From assembly GCA_031387365.1 (NCBI GenBank), contig JANNDD010000035.1, forward strand, positions 1 to 45,495: a DNA stretch of 45,495 nt, read 5' to 3'. This stretch comes from Armatimonas sp. (lineage in GTDB: Bacteria; Armatimonadota; Armatimonadia; Armatimonadales; Armatimonadaceae). The translations under genes and the position numbers were made by a program. The notes beneath the pieces are model-generated. The model was not told where the DNA came from. It worked only from the letters and a program-made list of their open reading frames with translations, and did not search any database. Below, one piece after another: positions 27,020 to 37,116 of the stretch (its first letter is position 1; each line of letters starts with the position of its first letter).

Positions 27020-28914
27020 GGTTTCCCCCTCAGTGTACTTAACATAAGCCCAACCAGTATACACCCTGCGGTCAATGAAAGAAACAGCCCGACCCGCCAA
27101 AACAGAGGATCGTAGCGAAATAGTACCCATTTTGTGCCAGTGGGAACCTGCACTTTCATAAAAATCGGCGGAGCTGTCTGTATCTCCAGCGCCTTCCCAT
27201 CTGCCCAGGCACGCCACCCTGCGGCATGCACTTCACGTAAGACGACCTCAGTATTTATTGGTGCGATCTCAAAGTGACCAGGAACTTCACTCTCAATAGC
27301 CCCTCCAGAGACCAGCGGAGCGGGACGTGCTAAGATGCGCCTGCCATCGCTTCCCTCCACTAGCCCCACGCCGAGTGCCTCAAGTTGCTGAACTTGCTCT
27401 ACGGAGAGCGCTATCGGATTTGTCGGCAGCGTCCCGAGAGCCTTTAGCGTTTCGCTCACATCGCGTCGCGCCACGGGTTCGTAGCCGCCCGCCTGCCGCC
27501 AGCGCTGCAAGAGCGGCAAGTTAGGTGCGGTGCGCAGTGCCAACGACGAGGAAGGCAGCCCTTGATAGTCTTTATAGGGTGCCAAAAGCTTCCACTGCGC
27601 GTAGGGCTGAGACGCAAACACACGCCCAACAGGAGCTCCTGCGGAGGCTGAGACAACGCGCAGTGCCTCGGGGGGACAGGTTGGATTCAGCGTGCGCGAA
27701 AAAAAGATCAGCTCCCCCATCGCAATCAGCACCAGAGCCCACTTCCCCACGTCGCGCAGCCGTAGCGGCTCTAGTCCGTACGCCGCCAGAACAGAAAGAG
27801 CAAACGTCCCTAGATAGAGCCAGCGCGCCGGATCATGGAACTGCTTCACGCCAGGAAGCACATAAAAGGCCAGAACGTACAGCCCGCCGTAGCGGCCCAG
27901 TGCCAGCCAGAAACCAATAACGGCAACCCAGAGCCAAAATTTAATCACTGCCCTCCGCTCAGGCAGTTTGTTGCCTTGAACAAAAAATATAAGTACTAGG
28001 GGAACCAAACCGATGTAGCAGCACGGTTCCCAGAAGTTGGCCTTTCCGTGCCAGCCGCCCGGAAGCGCGGGATTACCCAGGGAGTTAGGAGCAACCAGTA
28101 AGATCAGCTCACGCCAGGGGAGATAGAAACGATTCGCGGCGCCGAGGCTCAGCTGCGGCCGGGTGGAGGCAAGGGCGTGCTCGACAACCGGAAGAAGCTG
28201 CGCCAGCGCGAGAGCCAGTCCAAGAAGTGCTGCGAGCGCCAGTGCCCCCAGAGGCCGCACGCGCTCAGAGCGCGGGAGTGTCACAAGGCGAAAGAGGATC
28301 CACGCTAGCACTAGATAGAGCTGCATCAGCGTGACCTGTGCATGAGCCGCCAGCAGCGCCAGTCCTACACAGAGCCCAAGCAGAGCGACGCGGCCTGGCA
28401 CAGGGCGCACGATCACTCTCTCGGAGGCCCAGAGCAGCCAGGGAAGCCAGCTCATGGCCTGGAGCATATTGGGAAACTGCGCCTTGGAGACAAACGCGCC
28501 GCCAAATGCGAACGCCACCGCGCCCAGAGTCGCGGCGACGGCCGCGAGCTTCTGCTGGCGCATGAAAAACAGCATCCCGAGCCCAGCCCAAAGGACATGT
28601 ACAAATGTTGAAATGGCATTGGCACGCGCGGCTTCAAAGAGAAGCAGAAGAAGCGACGACGGATAGAGCGGCCAGGTCTGTGGGTTACCGACAAAGGGCT
28701 GACCACAGTTTATGTAGGGGTTCCAGAGCGGGATGCGCCCCGCCAGGAGCTCGCTCCGCAGGAAGTCGAGCTGGGGTAGAAAATACAGGGACAGATCCCC
28801 GTAGAAAAAAACCCGTCCACGGAAAATGACCTCGGTGAAGAGAAGCAGAGTACCTAATGCCAGTGCCCCCCCACCCTGTAGGGCAAGGGGGAATGGTCGC
28901 GGCGCGGGGGTCAT
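27007..28914 (-). CDS. YfhO-family multi-TM protein (GT-C-type glycosyltransferase-like)
   Basis: GRIPLWNPYINCGQPF, about 12 TM segments, C-terminal GWRAWADG..VQVPTG..VLFRYDP followed by a TM. Confidence 0.8.
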   Translation of the reverse strand: MTPAPRPFPLALQGGGALALGTLLLFTEVIFRGRVFFYGDLSLYFLPQLDFLRSELLAGRIPLWNPYINCGQPFVGNPQTWPLYPSSLLLLLFEAARANAISTFVHVLWAGLGMLFFMRQQKLAAVAATLGAVAFAFGGAFVSKAQFPNMLQAMSWLPWLLWASERVIVRPVPGRVALLGLCVGLALLAAHAQVTLMQLYLVLAWILFRLVTLPRSERVRPLGALALAALLGLALALAQLLPVVEHALASTRPQLSLGAANRFYLPWRELILLVAPNSLGNPALPGGWHGKANFWEPCCYIGLVPLVLIFFVQGNKLPERRAVIKFWLWVAVIGFWLALGRYGGLYVLAFYVLPGVKQFHDPARWLYLGTFALSVLAAYGLEPLRLRDVGKWALVLIAMGELIFFSRTLNPTCPPEALRVVSASAGAPVGRVFASQPYAQWKLLAPYKDYQGLPSSSLALRTAPNLPLLQRWRQAGGYEPVARRDVSETLKALGTLPTNPIALSVEQVQQLEALGVGLVEGSDGRRILARPAPLVSGGAIESEVPGHFEIAPINTEVVLREVHAAGWRAWADGKALEIQTAPPIFMKVQVPTGTKWVLFRYDPLFWRVGLFLSLTAGCILVGLMLSTLRGKPWRS

Positions 28915-31900
28915 TTACCAGGGCGACCGAACAAGGAGCCAAAGCCACCACCGCCGCCACCGATATTAACTTTGGCATCCAACTGACGCTGGACTTTCTC
29001 AGCAAGATCGGTGTAGTGCAGGCGGGTGTACTCATCTAGCGTGGGGATTGCCTGAGCCAGCTTGAGTTTCTCACGGAGCATCTTCAGGTGCGCCGCCGCC
29101 AGCATCCGGCTGTCATCGGTGCTACTGCTGCTCGCGAGGGTGATCAGCGACTCAACATGCTGGCGCTGGATCTGCCGCCGCTGGAAGCCAACATTCTGCT
29201 TGGTGACCAGCTCACCCCAGACTGCATCCCCTACGGTCTTGAAGAGCGTGGGAAGTGTCAGCGCCTTGCTCAGATCCGCCGTCTTGTACTCGTTGCTAGA
29301 GACACGCATGATGGTAGAAGTGGAGAGAAGGCGACGAACTGCACCTTTTTGGAGGTTCGCAATCGCCTCACCAATAAAGAACTCCGAGGGTCGCGACTCA
29401 ATAGGTGCAAGATCCACGGTGAGCTTTTCCAGATAGCTCTGTGGCAGCTTCAGTGCACCCGGTGCCAGAATATACTTAGCAATCATATCCAGAGCACGTT
29501 TCTGCAGCAGCGCATCCACCGGCTTGAGGTTAGGCTTCTCCCCGACATCCCCCTTGAAGCTACGCCGAACCTGCTGCGCTCCAATATAGCGGCTCGCCTG
29601 ACCAGAGCCAGCTCCCATCATGCTCACAATCATCTGGACATGGCGGGAGAACTCCACATAGCTCTCACCGGGCTTGACACGTTTGTCGAGCTTGCCCAGC
29701 ATCGCCTGCGCGGTCTGCATCACTCGCTCCCAGTAGTCGAGCGGGTTGGCAGAGCTATCGAAGCGGGTGATGGTCGGATCGAAGGCATCGGCTTCACCAT
29801 CGGTGTTGAAGAGCAGGCCAGGACTCCCACTCCGGCGCGCGATCTGCTTAAGAAGCGGTAGCTCATCGTCGGGCTTCTTGGCGGTAGGAACCGGCGTGTA
29901 GCCGTACTCCAGCGCCCAGTAGTCGTAGACCCCGGGGCTGAGCGAGAAGAACGGAACCCCAGGTGCCTTGAGTGCGGCGATATTCATAGGGTTGTAGTCC
30001 ATCAGCGAGGCGGCGATAGGCTTACCGGGCAAGAGAACCTTAGGATCACCGAGCTGGGCAAGGGTGTACTGTGTTGAGGCGACAAAGTTATGGCGTAGCC
30101 CGAGAATGTGCCCAAATTCATGCGAAACCACATCCTGGAGGAACTGGGCGACGTAGTCTTTCTGGCTGATCTTGCCCTCCGCCAGCAGGTTCACCGCTGT
30201 CAGCCCAAACCAGGCGTTAGCACGAGCAAGATGTCCGTACTCACAGCGAAGCTTGCTATTGTTTTTCGCTGTATGCGTCTCGTAGTCCGCCACGGCAGAG
30301 AAGGCTTGCTCCGGCGAGACCATGTCTTTAAATTCCACCTTGGTGAGCTGTGTCATGCCCGCATCCACCGTAATACTCGCATTGAGAATCTGCCCCGTCA
30401 GTGGATTGGGGCGAAAGAGCGCCACGGCGTAGGTATCGCTAGGGTTAGGTGAGATCACCCAGCGGATCACGTTAAAGCGCATGTCCGCCGTGTCCGTAGG
30501 AACCAGCCCTTTTTTCACTTCATCATCGGTGGGCTTATCGGGCATCTGCTGCACTTGAATAGCGTTTTTGTAGCCCGCTTTCTCCAGCACCGGGTTCCAG
30601 GAGAGAATCGCATTGGCCATTGGCTTGCGAAACTCCTCGGGGATCGCGTCATCGAGCCAGAAGACAATCGGCTTGATGGGCTCGGAGACGGCGGCCTCCG
30701 GGTTCTTCTTACGCAGGTCCCAGCGGAGAATAAAGCGCTTGGTCAGATCGAGCTTGTCGTCGCGCTCCAGTGACTGGTAGTCCGTGGTGAAGTAGCCAAT
30801 CCGAGGATCGTTGAGACGCGGAAGGTAGCCGTTGTCCACGGGCAGAGCCGAGAGATTAAAGGTCACCTGAACCGGTGCGCTGCGCGGATCACCCAGAGTA
30901 GCGGAGGCGCTCAGCAGGGGCGAGAGGCCACGCACAAAGTGGTACTGGCTAGTGACGACTAAGTTCTCCGGGAAGTTCTTCACGGACAGAACATAGGTCT
31001 TCTCACGATCCAGTCCCATCCCCCCACCGATGGGCGGTGCAGTCAATCCTGGAATGGAGGGCATCCCGGAGAACGCGAACCCAATTCCGAGGAAATCGCT
31101 CTTGAAGAACTCGGACAGGTCAATCAGTAGGCTCTTGCGATCGGTCTGCTTGGCCTCAATCCGAAAGGTCTGCAAAAACGAGAGGGGCGGCATGGAGCGC
31201 TTGAGTGCCTTCTCCGTCGGGGAGCCCGGTGCGGCCTGGTAGTTCGTATTGGGAACGGCAAGATAGAGCTTATCGTCCGGGCTCTTCGTGAGCTGGAAGA
31301 CAAAGTCCGCAATTGGGTCGCCCGCAATCGCATGATCCGCATCGCCGGTGCTAAATGTCGCCTGGAGCATTAAGAGCTTATCGAGCTGATCCTCACGGAC
31401 TTCGGCGTAGATCGTGTCCTTGCCGTTTTCCTCACGCTTGCGCCAGAGGGTCAAGACGCCGGGGAGCTTCTCGTAGTCCTTGACCACTTCATCAATGGTC
31501 TTGGGCTTGGTCGGCTCCACTTTTGGGGGGGTCGCCTTGATACTGCTCTGTTCTGGCTTGAGGCTGGCCTGGGCCTTCTTGACCATATCCTCGGGCAGGG
31601 GGCCGCCGCTCTCACGGTTGGCCTTAAAACTCGCGCTGACCACATCGCCATCCCCAAACGGAATGTTTGTGACCACGATATCGGATGCAACATCGTCGCC
31701 GCTAGCGGGTTCGATCCAGATCAGGCCCTTAGTGGAGATAGGGTTCTTGCCGCTGTTCTCGGTGTACGTCACTCCGATCCGCGCACACAAAGTCCCGTTT
31801 TTCTCCTCTAGCGCCTGGAACTCGTACTCACCCTTGCCATCAACTAATCCAAGATTAGCATCCGCTTTGTACTCGCGCACCCACTTCTCACCCGGAGAGA

Positions 31901-32402
31901 CCGCTTTATCGGAGAAGCCAATGGACGTGGCAACATAGAGCCGCTGGTCGCTGTGGTCTTCATCTTTTTCGGTCTTGCTGCTCTTGTAGCTCACGAGGGT
32001 ACCGTCGGGCTTGATCGTGAACGTGTCTACGTCTTTGCCCAGCTCCGGATCGTCGGGGAGCTTCATTCCATTGAGGAACTGCTGAATGGATTCCGTACGG
32101 CTCTCGTAGGTGATCTCCCCGCTAGCAGCCACGGCGGTGTAGTTGATCCGGTCCAGCTCTTTAAACTCCAGAGTGACTTTCTGCCCACCAGGCCCTTCCA
32201 CGGTAAATACCGCCACCGCATTGATTTTCTTGACAAGCCCCGCCTGGGCTTTATTGGCAAGCAAGAGTTTCTGAGCTGCAGCAGGCGGCTGTGTTGGTGC
32301 CACGGGTGGGGCTGTCGGGGGCACTCCCTGTGCCGTCGTCGGCGTGCTGGGGGCCAGAGTGAGCGCAAAAATTAGCGCGGAGAGGGGCAGAGTACGGTTC
32401 AA
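28911..32402 (-). CDS. Large secreted zinc-dependent metalloprotease (metzincin, DUF5117/DUF4953 EcxA-like)
   Basis: HEFGHILGLRH zinc motif, SLMDY Met-turn, PRLNDPRIGYF, KPIVFWLD. Start moved to TTG 32402 (AGGAG SD, signal peptide follows). Confidence 0.88.
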   Translation of the reverse strand: MNRTLPLSALIFALTLAPSTPTTAQGVPPTAPPVAPTQPPAAAQKLLLANKAQAGLVKKINAVAVFTVEGPGGQKVTLEFKELDRINYTAVAASGEITYESRTESIQQFLNGMKLPDDPELGKDVDTFTIKPDGTLVSYKSSKTEKDEDHSDQRLYVATSIGFSDKAVSPGEKWVREYKADANLGLVDGKGEYEFQALEEKNGTLCARIGVTYTENSGKNPISTKGLIWIEPASGDDVASDIVVTNIPFGDGDVVSASFKANRESGGPLPEDMVKKAQASLKPEQSSIKATPPKVEPTKPKTIDEVVKDYEKLPGVLTLWRKREENGKDTIYAEVREDQLDKLLMLQATFSTGDADHAIAGDPIADFVFQLTKSPDDKLYLAVPNTNYQAAPGSPTEKALKRSMPPLSFLQTFRIEAKQTDRKSLLIDLSEFFKSDFLGIGFAFSGMPSIPGLTAPPIGGGMGLDREKTYVLSVKNFPENLVVTSQYHFVRGLSPLLSASATLGDPRSAPVQVTFNLSALPVDNGYLPRLNDPRIGYFTTDYQSLERDDKLDLTKRFILRWDLRKKNPEAAVSEPIKPIVFWLDDAIPEEFRKPMANAILSWNPVLEKAGYKNAIQVQQMPDKPTDDEVKKGLVPTDTADMRFNVIRWVISPNPSDTYAVALFRPNPLTGQILNASITVDAGMTQLTKVEFKDMVSPEQAFSAVADYETHTAKNNSKLRCEYGHLARANAWFGLTAVNLLAEGKISQKDYVAQFLQDVVSHEFGHILGLRHNFVASTQYTLAQLGDPKVLLPGKPIAASLMDYNPMNIAALKAPGVPFFSLSPGVYDYWALEYGYTPVPTAKKPDDELPLLKQIARRSGSPGLLFNTDGEADAFDPTITRFDSSANPLDYWERVMQTAQAMLGKLDKRVKPGESYVEFSRHVQMIVSMMGAGSGQASRYIGAQQVRRSFKGDVGEKPNLKPVDALLQKRALDMIAKYILAPGALKLPQSYLEKLTVDLAPIESRPSEFFIGEAIANLQKGAVRRLLSTSTIMRVSSNEYKTADLSKALTLPTLFKTVGDAVWGELVTKQNVGFQRRQIQRQHVESLITLASSSSTDDSRMLAAAHLKMLREKLKLAQAIPTLDEYTRLHYTDLAEKVQRQLDAKVNIGGGGGGFGSLFGRPGK

Positions 32403-32462
32403 TGACAAACTCCTGAAAATAGTAAGAGACGGGTCACTATACCCGATCTCCTCTCTATAAAC

Positions 32463-32497
32463 GCCAAAGGCCCTCCGAATGTTACGGAGAGCCTCTG
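32463..32497 (-). terminator. Stem-loop downstream of tRNA-Leu (probable terminator)
   Basis: Minus strand AGAGGCTCTCCG-TAACATT-CGGAGGGCCTTT. Confidence 0.55.
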
Positions 32498-32506
32498 ACT
32501 TTTTTA

Positions 32507-32588
32507 TGCCCAAGAAGGGACTTGAACCCTTACCCCTTGCGGGACATGGCCCTCAACCATGCGCGTCTACCAATTCCGCCACCTGGGC
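32507..32588 (-). tRNA. tRNA-Leu(GAG)
   Basis: Reverse complement GCCCAGGTGGCGGAATTGGTAGACGCG-CATGG-TTGAGGG-CCATG-TCCCGCAAGGGG (long variable arm)-TAAGGGTTCAAGTCCCTT-CTTGGGCA. No encoded CCA. Confidence 0.96.
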
Positions 32589-32692
32589 AACTGAGGGAAA
32601 GCTTGCAAGCAAGCGAGAGAGATTCTATCGCGCGCCCTGAGTGCTGTCAAGGGTTGGCGTCGTCTGGTATCCTATTACTTGGAGAATTGAAC

Positions 32693-34069
32693 ATGCCTTT
32701 TGATAAATCGCTTTACCGCGCCTATGATATTCGAGGAATTTACCCATCGGTGATCAACGAAGAATTTGCCTATCTTTGTGCACAGGCATTTGTACGGGTG
32801 ATGGGTGCCAAGCGCGTCGCTGTGGGTCGCGATGTGCGCACCAGCGGCGCCTCTATGCAGCAAGCCGCCATTCAGGGGCTGGTAGATCTCGGGGTTGAGG
32901 TGCTGGATCTGGGGGTAATTAGTACCGAGATGCTCTATTTCGCCTCGGGGATTTTAGACATAGACGGTGGTTTCGCGCTCACGGCGAGCCATAACCCCCG
33001 CGAGTGGAATGGCTTCAAGTTCGTCGGTAAAAAAGGCCAACCGCTCGTTCGTGAGGGCAAGCTGGGCGAGATCTACGCGGATATCGAGGCCAGTGTCCCC
33101 CAGAAAGTGGCGACACCCGGCACCGTCACTGCGACGCCGCTCCTTGAAAACTATGCCGAGTATCTCCAGCGCTACGTGCCTGCAAATCTGCCGCAGCTGA
33201 AGATTGTCGGAAATGTCAACTTCGGGGCGAATGGCAAGTTCGTTGATGCCACGATTGTCAGTCATCCTATTGAGATGGTTCGGCTGAACTGGAACGAGGA
33301 CGGCAATTTCCCCAAGGGCACCCCCGACCCCCTTCTTCCATCGAATCGCAAAGAAGTCAGCGAGCGCATTATCAGCGAGAAGGCGCATTTTGGCGTGGCC
33401 TGGGATGCCGATGCGGACCGTTGCTTCTTCTACGACGAGAAAGGCCGCTCCTTTTCGGGTTACTACATCAACGCGGTGCTTATCGAGCACTTCCTCAAGA
33501 TTGAGCCGGGCGCTGCCGTGGTGATCGAACCGCGCCAGATCTGGGCCACGGAGGCCGCCGCGGAAGAGGGCAAAGGCACAGCGGTCACCAGCCGTACGGG
33601 CCATGGCTTCATCAAGGCGACAATGCGTCAGGTAAACGCGATCTTTGGTGGGGAGAACTCTGGGCACTTCTACTACCGAGACTTCTGGTACTGCGACAAT
33701 GGCATTATCACGTTTTTAACGGTGCTGGGTATCTTCGCTGAGCATATTCGGCAGGGGCGAACGGTCTCTGAGCTTTTAGATACCTACAAGAAAAACTACC
33801 CGGCCAGCGAGGAGATGAACTTCATCACAGACGACGCCAAGGGGATTATCACCGCGCTCCAGGCACGCCATCCTGATGCGCAGCTCAGCCAAGTAGACGG
33901 GGTTTCCCTTGCTGAGAGCGACTGGCGCTGTAATCTTCGCATGAGCCAGAACGAGCCGGTCTTGCGGCTCAATGTGGAAGCGCGCACCCCCGCAGGACTG
34001 GAAGAGCACGAAGCCGATCTACTGGCCTTTGTGCTTGGCAACGGCGCGACCCTGCGCGACGACCACTAG
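32693..34069 (+). CDS. Phosphomannomutase/phosphoglucomutase
   Basis: RAYDIRG, TASHNP, DADADR, GENSGHFY; GGAG SD before ATG 32693. Confidence 0.93.
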   Translation: MPFDKSLYRAYDIRGIYPSVINEEFAYLCAQAFVRVMGAKRVAVGRDVRTSGASMQQAAIQGLVDLGVEVLDLGVISTEMLYFASGILDIDGGFALTASHNPREWNGFKFVGKKGQPLVREGKLGEIYADIEASVPQKVATPGTVTATPLLENYAEYLQRYVPANLPQLKIVGNVNFGANGKFVDATIVSHPIEMVRLNWNEDGNFPKGTPDPLLPSNRKEVSERIISEKAHFGVAWDADADRCFFYDEKGRSFSGYYINAVLIEHFLKIEPGAAVVIEPRQIWATEAAAEEGKGTAVTSRTGHGFIKATMRQVNAIFGGENSGHFYYRDFWYCDNGIITFLTVLGIFAEHIRQGRTVSELLDTYKKNYPASEEMNFITDDAKGIITALQARHPDAQLSQVDGVSLAESDWRCNLRMSQNEPVLRLNVEARTPAGLEEHEADLLAFVLGNGATLRDDH

Positions 34070-34246
34070 CCCACGCGTCGGTTCTAGCCCACGCGTCGCT
34101 TGACGCTCCCCGAGGGTACTCGGGGTAGCGGCAGCGGTAGTGTTGCCGGAGGGGGGCACGCTTGGTGCATTGAGTGGCATGCCGCAGAAAACGCCCAACC
34201 CGAGGGCGGCGACCACTGCTAAAATAACATCGTAGGTATCTCGCAT
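34019..34246 (-). CDS. Small hypothetical single-TM protein
   Basis: AGGAG upstream of ATG 34246, N-terminal hydrophobic helix, low-complexity tail; overlaps the 3' end of the mutase gene by 51 nt. Confidence 0.4.
   Translation of the reverse strand: MRDTYDVILAVVAALGLGVFCGMPLNAPSVPPSGNTTAAATPSTLGERQATRGLEPTRGLVVVAQGRAVAKHKGQ
34066..34101. repeat. 18-bp tandem duplication
   Basis: CTAGCCCACGCGTCGGTT / CTAGCCCACGCGTCGCTT. Confidence 0.8.
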
Positions 34247-34297
34247 TGCAGGACTCTCTCCTGCATTTTCGGTGCCAGGAAACACATTCACTAGCCC

Positions 34298-34936
34298 ATG
34301 CTCGATCACTATCCGCTTGTCCCTCAGATTCTCCAGGCAGCCGGTCGCCGCTGGGAGATTAGTAGCGTGACGGATCTAGACGCGCTGATGGAGGGTGTCC
34401 ATACCGACGAGGACCTGGCGAACTTCCCCTTTGGCATGCAGCTCTGGGCATCGGCGGAGGCGCTGACGAGTCGGCTCGCGCTGGAACCGGCGCTCGTAAA
34501 AGACAAGCGCGTTCTTGAGATTGGAGCGGGTGTGGGCTTTGTCGGCCTAGTCGCTGCTCACTTGGGGGCCGCACAGGTCGTGCAGACCGACTACCACCCA
34601 GACTGCCTCGCGCTCTGCCGCAGCAACGCCGCGCTCAACGGCATCACCAACCTCACTGTCCGCAAGGGAGACTGGCGTGACTGGCCCGAGGAGCTAGTCG
34701 GCTTTGATATAGTGATCGGCGCAGACATTCTCTACGAGCGCTCTCTTCACTCCCAGCTCACTGCCCTTCTTCCAAAGCTAGGCGATAAAATTCTGCTCGC
34801 CGATCCCCTACGCCCCGCCGCCCTGGAGTTTATAGAGAAACGCGAGGCCGACGGCTGGACGATCTGGACCGAAGCCAAGCGCCTAAAGTGGGCGGGAGAA
34901 TGGCGAGACACCATGCTTTTATGGATTCAGCCCTAA
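34298..34936 (+). CDS. Class I SAM-dependent methyltransferase (Methyltransf_16/METTL21-like)
   Basis: [33 protein letters not shown] motifs. Confidence 0.85.
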   Translation: MLDHYPLVPQILQAAGRRWEISSVTDLDALMEGVHTDEDLANFPFGMQLWASAEALTSRLALEPALVKDKRVLEIGAGVGFVGLVAAHLGAAQVVQTDYHPDCLALCRSNAALNGITNLTVRKGDWRDWPEELVGFDIVIGADILYERSLHSQLTALLPKLGDKILLADPLRPAALEFIEKREADGWTIWTEAKRLKWAGEWRDTMLLWIQP

Positions 34937-35004
34937 GTTTAATGCGGTACAATGTCAGGGTTCGCGGGGCTAGCAGCGAGGCGGGCCGATTTTTTGAGGT
35001 CTGC

Positions 35005-36570
35005 ATGAAGAAAAAGATTCTAGTTTTGGGGTCGGGTCCGATCCGCATCGGTCAGGGTATCGAGTTTGACTACTGCACGGTTCACTGTGTCTGGGCGCTA
35101 CGCGAGGCCGGCTACGAAGCCATTGTTCTCAACAACAACCCTGAGACCGTCTCCACGGATTTCGACACCTCCGATAAGCTTTATTTCGAGCCGTTGACCA
35201 CCGAAGACGTTCTCAATGTGATTGACCGCGAGGCTCCCATTGAGGGCGTGATAGTCCAGTTTGGCGGGCAGACGGCCATTAACCTCGCACGGCCACTGGT
35301 TGAGGCGGGCGTGACGATACTCGGCTCGTCGGCAGACTCCATTGATCTGGCAGAGGACCGGGAGCAGTTTGAGAAGCTTCTGCGCGAGCTGGAGATTCCC
35401 AAGCCCGAGGGCCGCGCCGTGGTCAGCGCCGAAGCCGCACTGGAAGTGGCGCAAGAAATTGGATATCCGTGCTTAGTGCGCCCTAGCTACGTGCTCGGTG
35501 GCCGCGCGATGGAGATTGTCCAGAGCGACGAGGAGCTTACCCGCTACATGCTCTACGCCGTGGATGTCTCGCCCAAGGCCCCGATTCTGGTGGACCGTTA
35601 TATTGTGGGAAAAGAGCTGGAGGTGGACTGCATCTCCGATGGCGAGCGCTGCCTCTTACCTGGGATCATGGAGCATATCGAGCGTGCAGGCGTCCACTCC
35701 GGCGACTCAATGGCCGTCTACCCGCCCCAGACTGTCTCCCAAAAAACAAAAGACCTCATCGCCGAGTATGCCATTAAGCTTGCCAAGGCGATGAACGTGG
35801 TTGGCCTGATGAATATTCAGTTTGTCTGCGAGGGTGAGATTCCCTACGTGATTGAGGTGAACCCGCGCTCCAGCCGCACGGTGCCGTATCTCTCAAAGAT
35901 CACCGGCATCTCCATGGTCAAAGCCGCCACGCAGTGTATTCTAGGCAAGAGCCTCGAGAGCCAGGGCTATGAGAACGGGCTCTTTCCGGAGAAGGCGAAT
36001 CCGGCGGTCAAGGCGCCTGTTTTCTCGTTCCAGAAGCTGGTCGGGGTGGACAACACCCTCGGCCCCGAGATGAAGTCCACAGGAGAGATTTTGGGCCAAG
36101 ACTTAGACTATCCCCGTGCGCTTTTCAAAGCGCTCGTTGCCAGTGGCATCAACCTGCCGCTGAAGAAGGCCGTGCTTGCCACCCTAGCCGACACCGATAA
36201 AGCCGAAGCACTACCGCTCCTCAAAGACTTTGTGGCACAGGGCTTTCAGATCTACGCCACGGCAGGCACTGCGAAGTACCTTGCCGAGAACGGCGTCGCA
36301 GCGACGCCTGTCAATAAGATCAGCGAGGGCAAGCCTGATTTGATTGACCTGATCTACAGCGGCGAGATCGGCCTACTTATCAACACGATTAGCAAAGACC
36401 GACGGATCGAGCAAGAGGGCGCACTCATCCGCCGCGCCAGTGTCGAGCGCTCCGTGCCCTGCCTCACCAGCCTCGACACCGCCCGCGCCTTGCTCACCGC
36501 GCTAGAGGCCTACAATCGAGGCGAGGAGATGGGTGTACGCACCGTGGATGAGTACCTAAAAAACGAGTAA
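35005..36570 (+). CDS. carB: Carbamoyl-phosphate synthase large subunit, C-terminal half only (second ATP-grasp + MGS domain)
   Basis: Begins at [21 protein letters not shown] (start of the second synthetase domain); [37 protein letters not shown] domain; own GAGGT SD and TACAAT at 34948-34953. Confidence 0.9.
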   Translation: MKKKILVLGSGPIRIGQGIEFDYCTVHCVWALREAGYEAIVLNNNPETVSTDFDTSDKLYFEPLTTEDVLNVIDREAPIEGVIVQFGGQTAINLARPLVEAGVTILGSSADSIDLAEDREQFEKLLRELEIPKPEGRAVVSAEAALEVAQEIGYPCLVRPSYVLGGRAMEIVQSDEELTRYMLYAVDVSPKAPILVDRYIVGKELEVDCISDGERCLLPGIMEHIERAGVHSGDSMAVYPPQTVSQKTKDLIAEYAIKLAKAMNVVGLMNIQFVCEGEIPYVIEVNPRSSRTVPYLSKITGISMVKAATQCILGKSLESQGYENGLFPEKANPAVKAPVFSFQKLVGVDNTLGPEMKSTGEILGQDLDYPRALFKALVASGINLPLKKAVLATLADTDKAEALPLLKDFVAQGFQIYATAGTAKYLAENGVAATPVNKISEGKPDLIDLIYSGEIGLLINTISKDRRIEQEGALIRRASVERSVPCLTSLDTARALLTALEAYNRGEEMGVRTVDEYLKNE

Positions 36571-36573
36571 GCC

Positions 36574-37116
36574 ATGCCGCTCTGACTCTACGAAACCGCA
36601 ACCCAAAGCCTGGTCGAAGCAAAAATCGTTGAGATTTCTGCCGAATCCACAATAGCTTATATCAACCAGAGTTGGAGAAGTTCTCCCCTCACAGGATATG
36701 AGCACAGCCACTGGGACTGGGAGCGTAAGTTTCGCGGGCGGACTCCTGAGACCCGTGTCTTCGCGCTCGAATGCTACGGAGAAACTCAAGGGTTGATATT
36801 CGTCCTCACAGGCAAAACCAGTCGTCGGGGTAGCCAACCGCTGCTCTACGTGGATTATCTTGCCGCGGCACCCTGGAATATTAACTCCCCTCCTCACTTC
36901 AAAAGGTGTGGCACACTCTTGATTAAGCAGGCTATTCAGGAAAGTGCGTCGCAAGGTTGGGAGGGGCGATTCGCCCTGCACTCGCTACCGCAAGCGGAGG
37001 ATTTCTATCGTAAATGCGGTATGATTGATTTGGGCACGGACTCCACCTATGAAGATCTGCGCTACTTCGAAATGGATGCGGTTCAGGCACAAACCTTTCT
37101 GAGCAAATACCCATGA
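36574..37116 (+). pseudogene. GNAT-family N-acetyltransferase with an in-frame TGA at codon 4 (36583-36585)
   Basis: ATG CCG CTC TGA, then an open frame LYETATQSLVEA...EHSHWDW...YVDYLAAAPWN...FKRCGTLL...GRFALHSLPQAEDFYRKCGM to the stop at 37116. The ORF track reports only 36793..37116. Confidence 0.7.

Noticed and set aside
32403-32692. ORF-track N-terminal extensions of the metalloprotease (to 32513) and the mutase (from 32522)
   Set aside because: They overlap tRNA-Leu; better starts with SD sequences exist at 32402 and 32693.
34066-34101. Direct repeats as a CRISPR array
   Set aside because: Only two adjacent 18-bp copies, no spacers, no cas genes.
34888-35004. Frameshifted N-terminal half of carB upstream of 35005
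   Set aside because: Upstream sequence is the methyltransferase gene plus a short promoter region, with no CarB-like residues.
36583-36585. GNAT TGA as a second selenocysteine codon
   Set aside because: Not in a redox or Cys motif, and no convincing downstream hairpin by eye.
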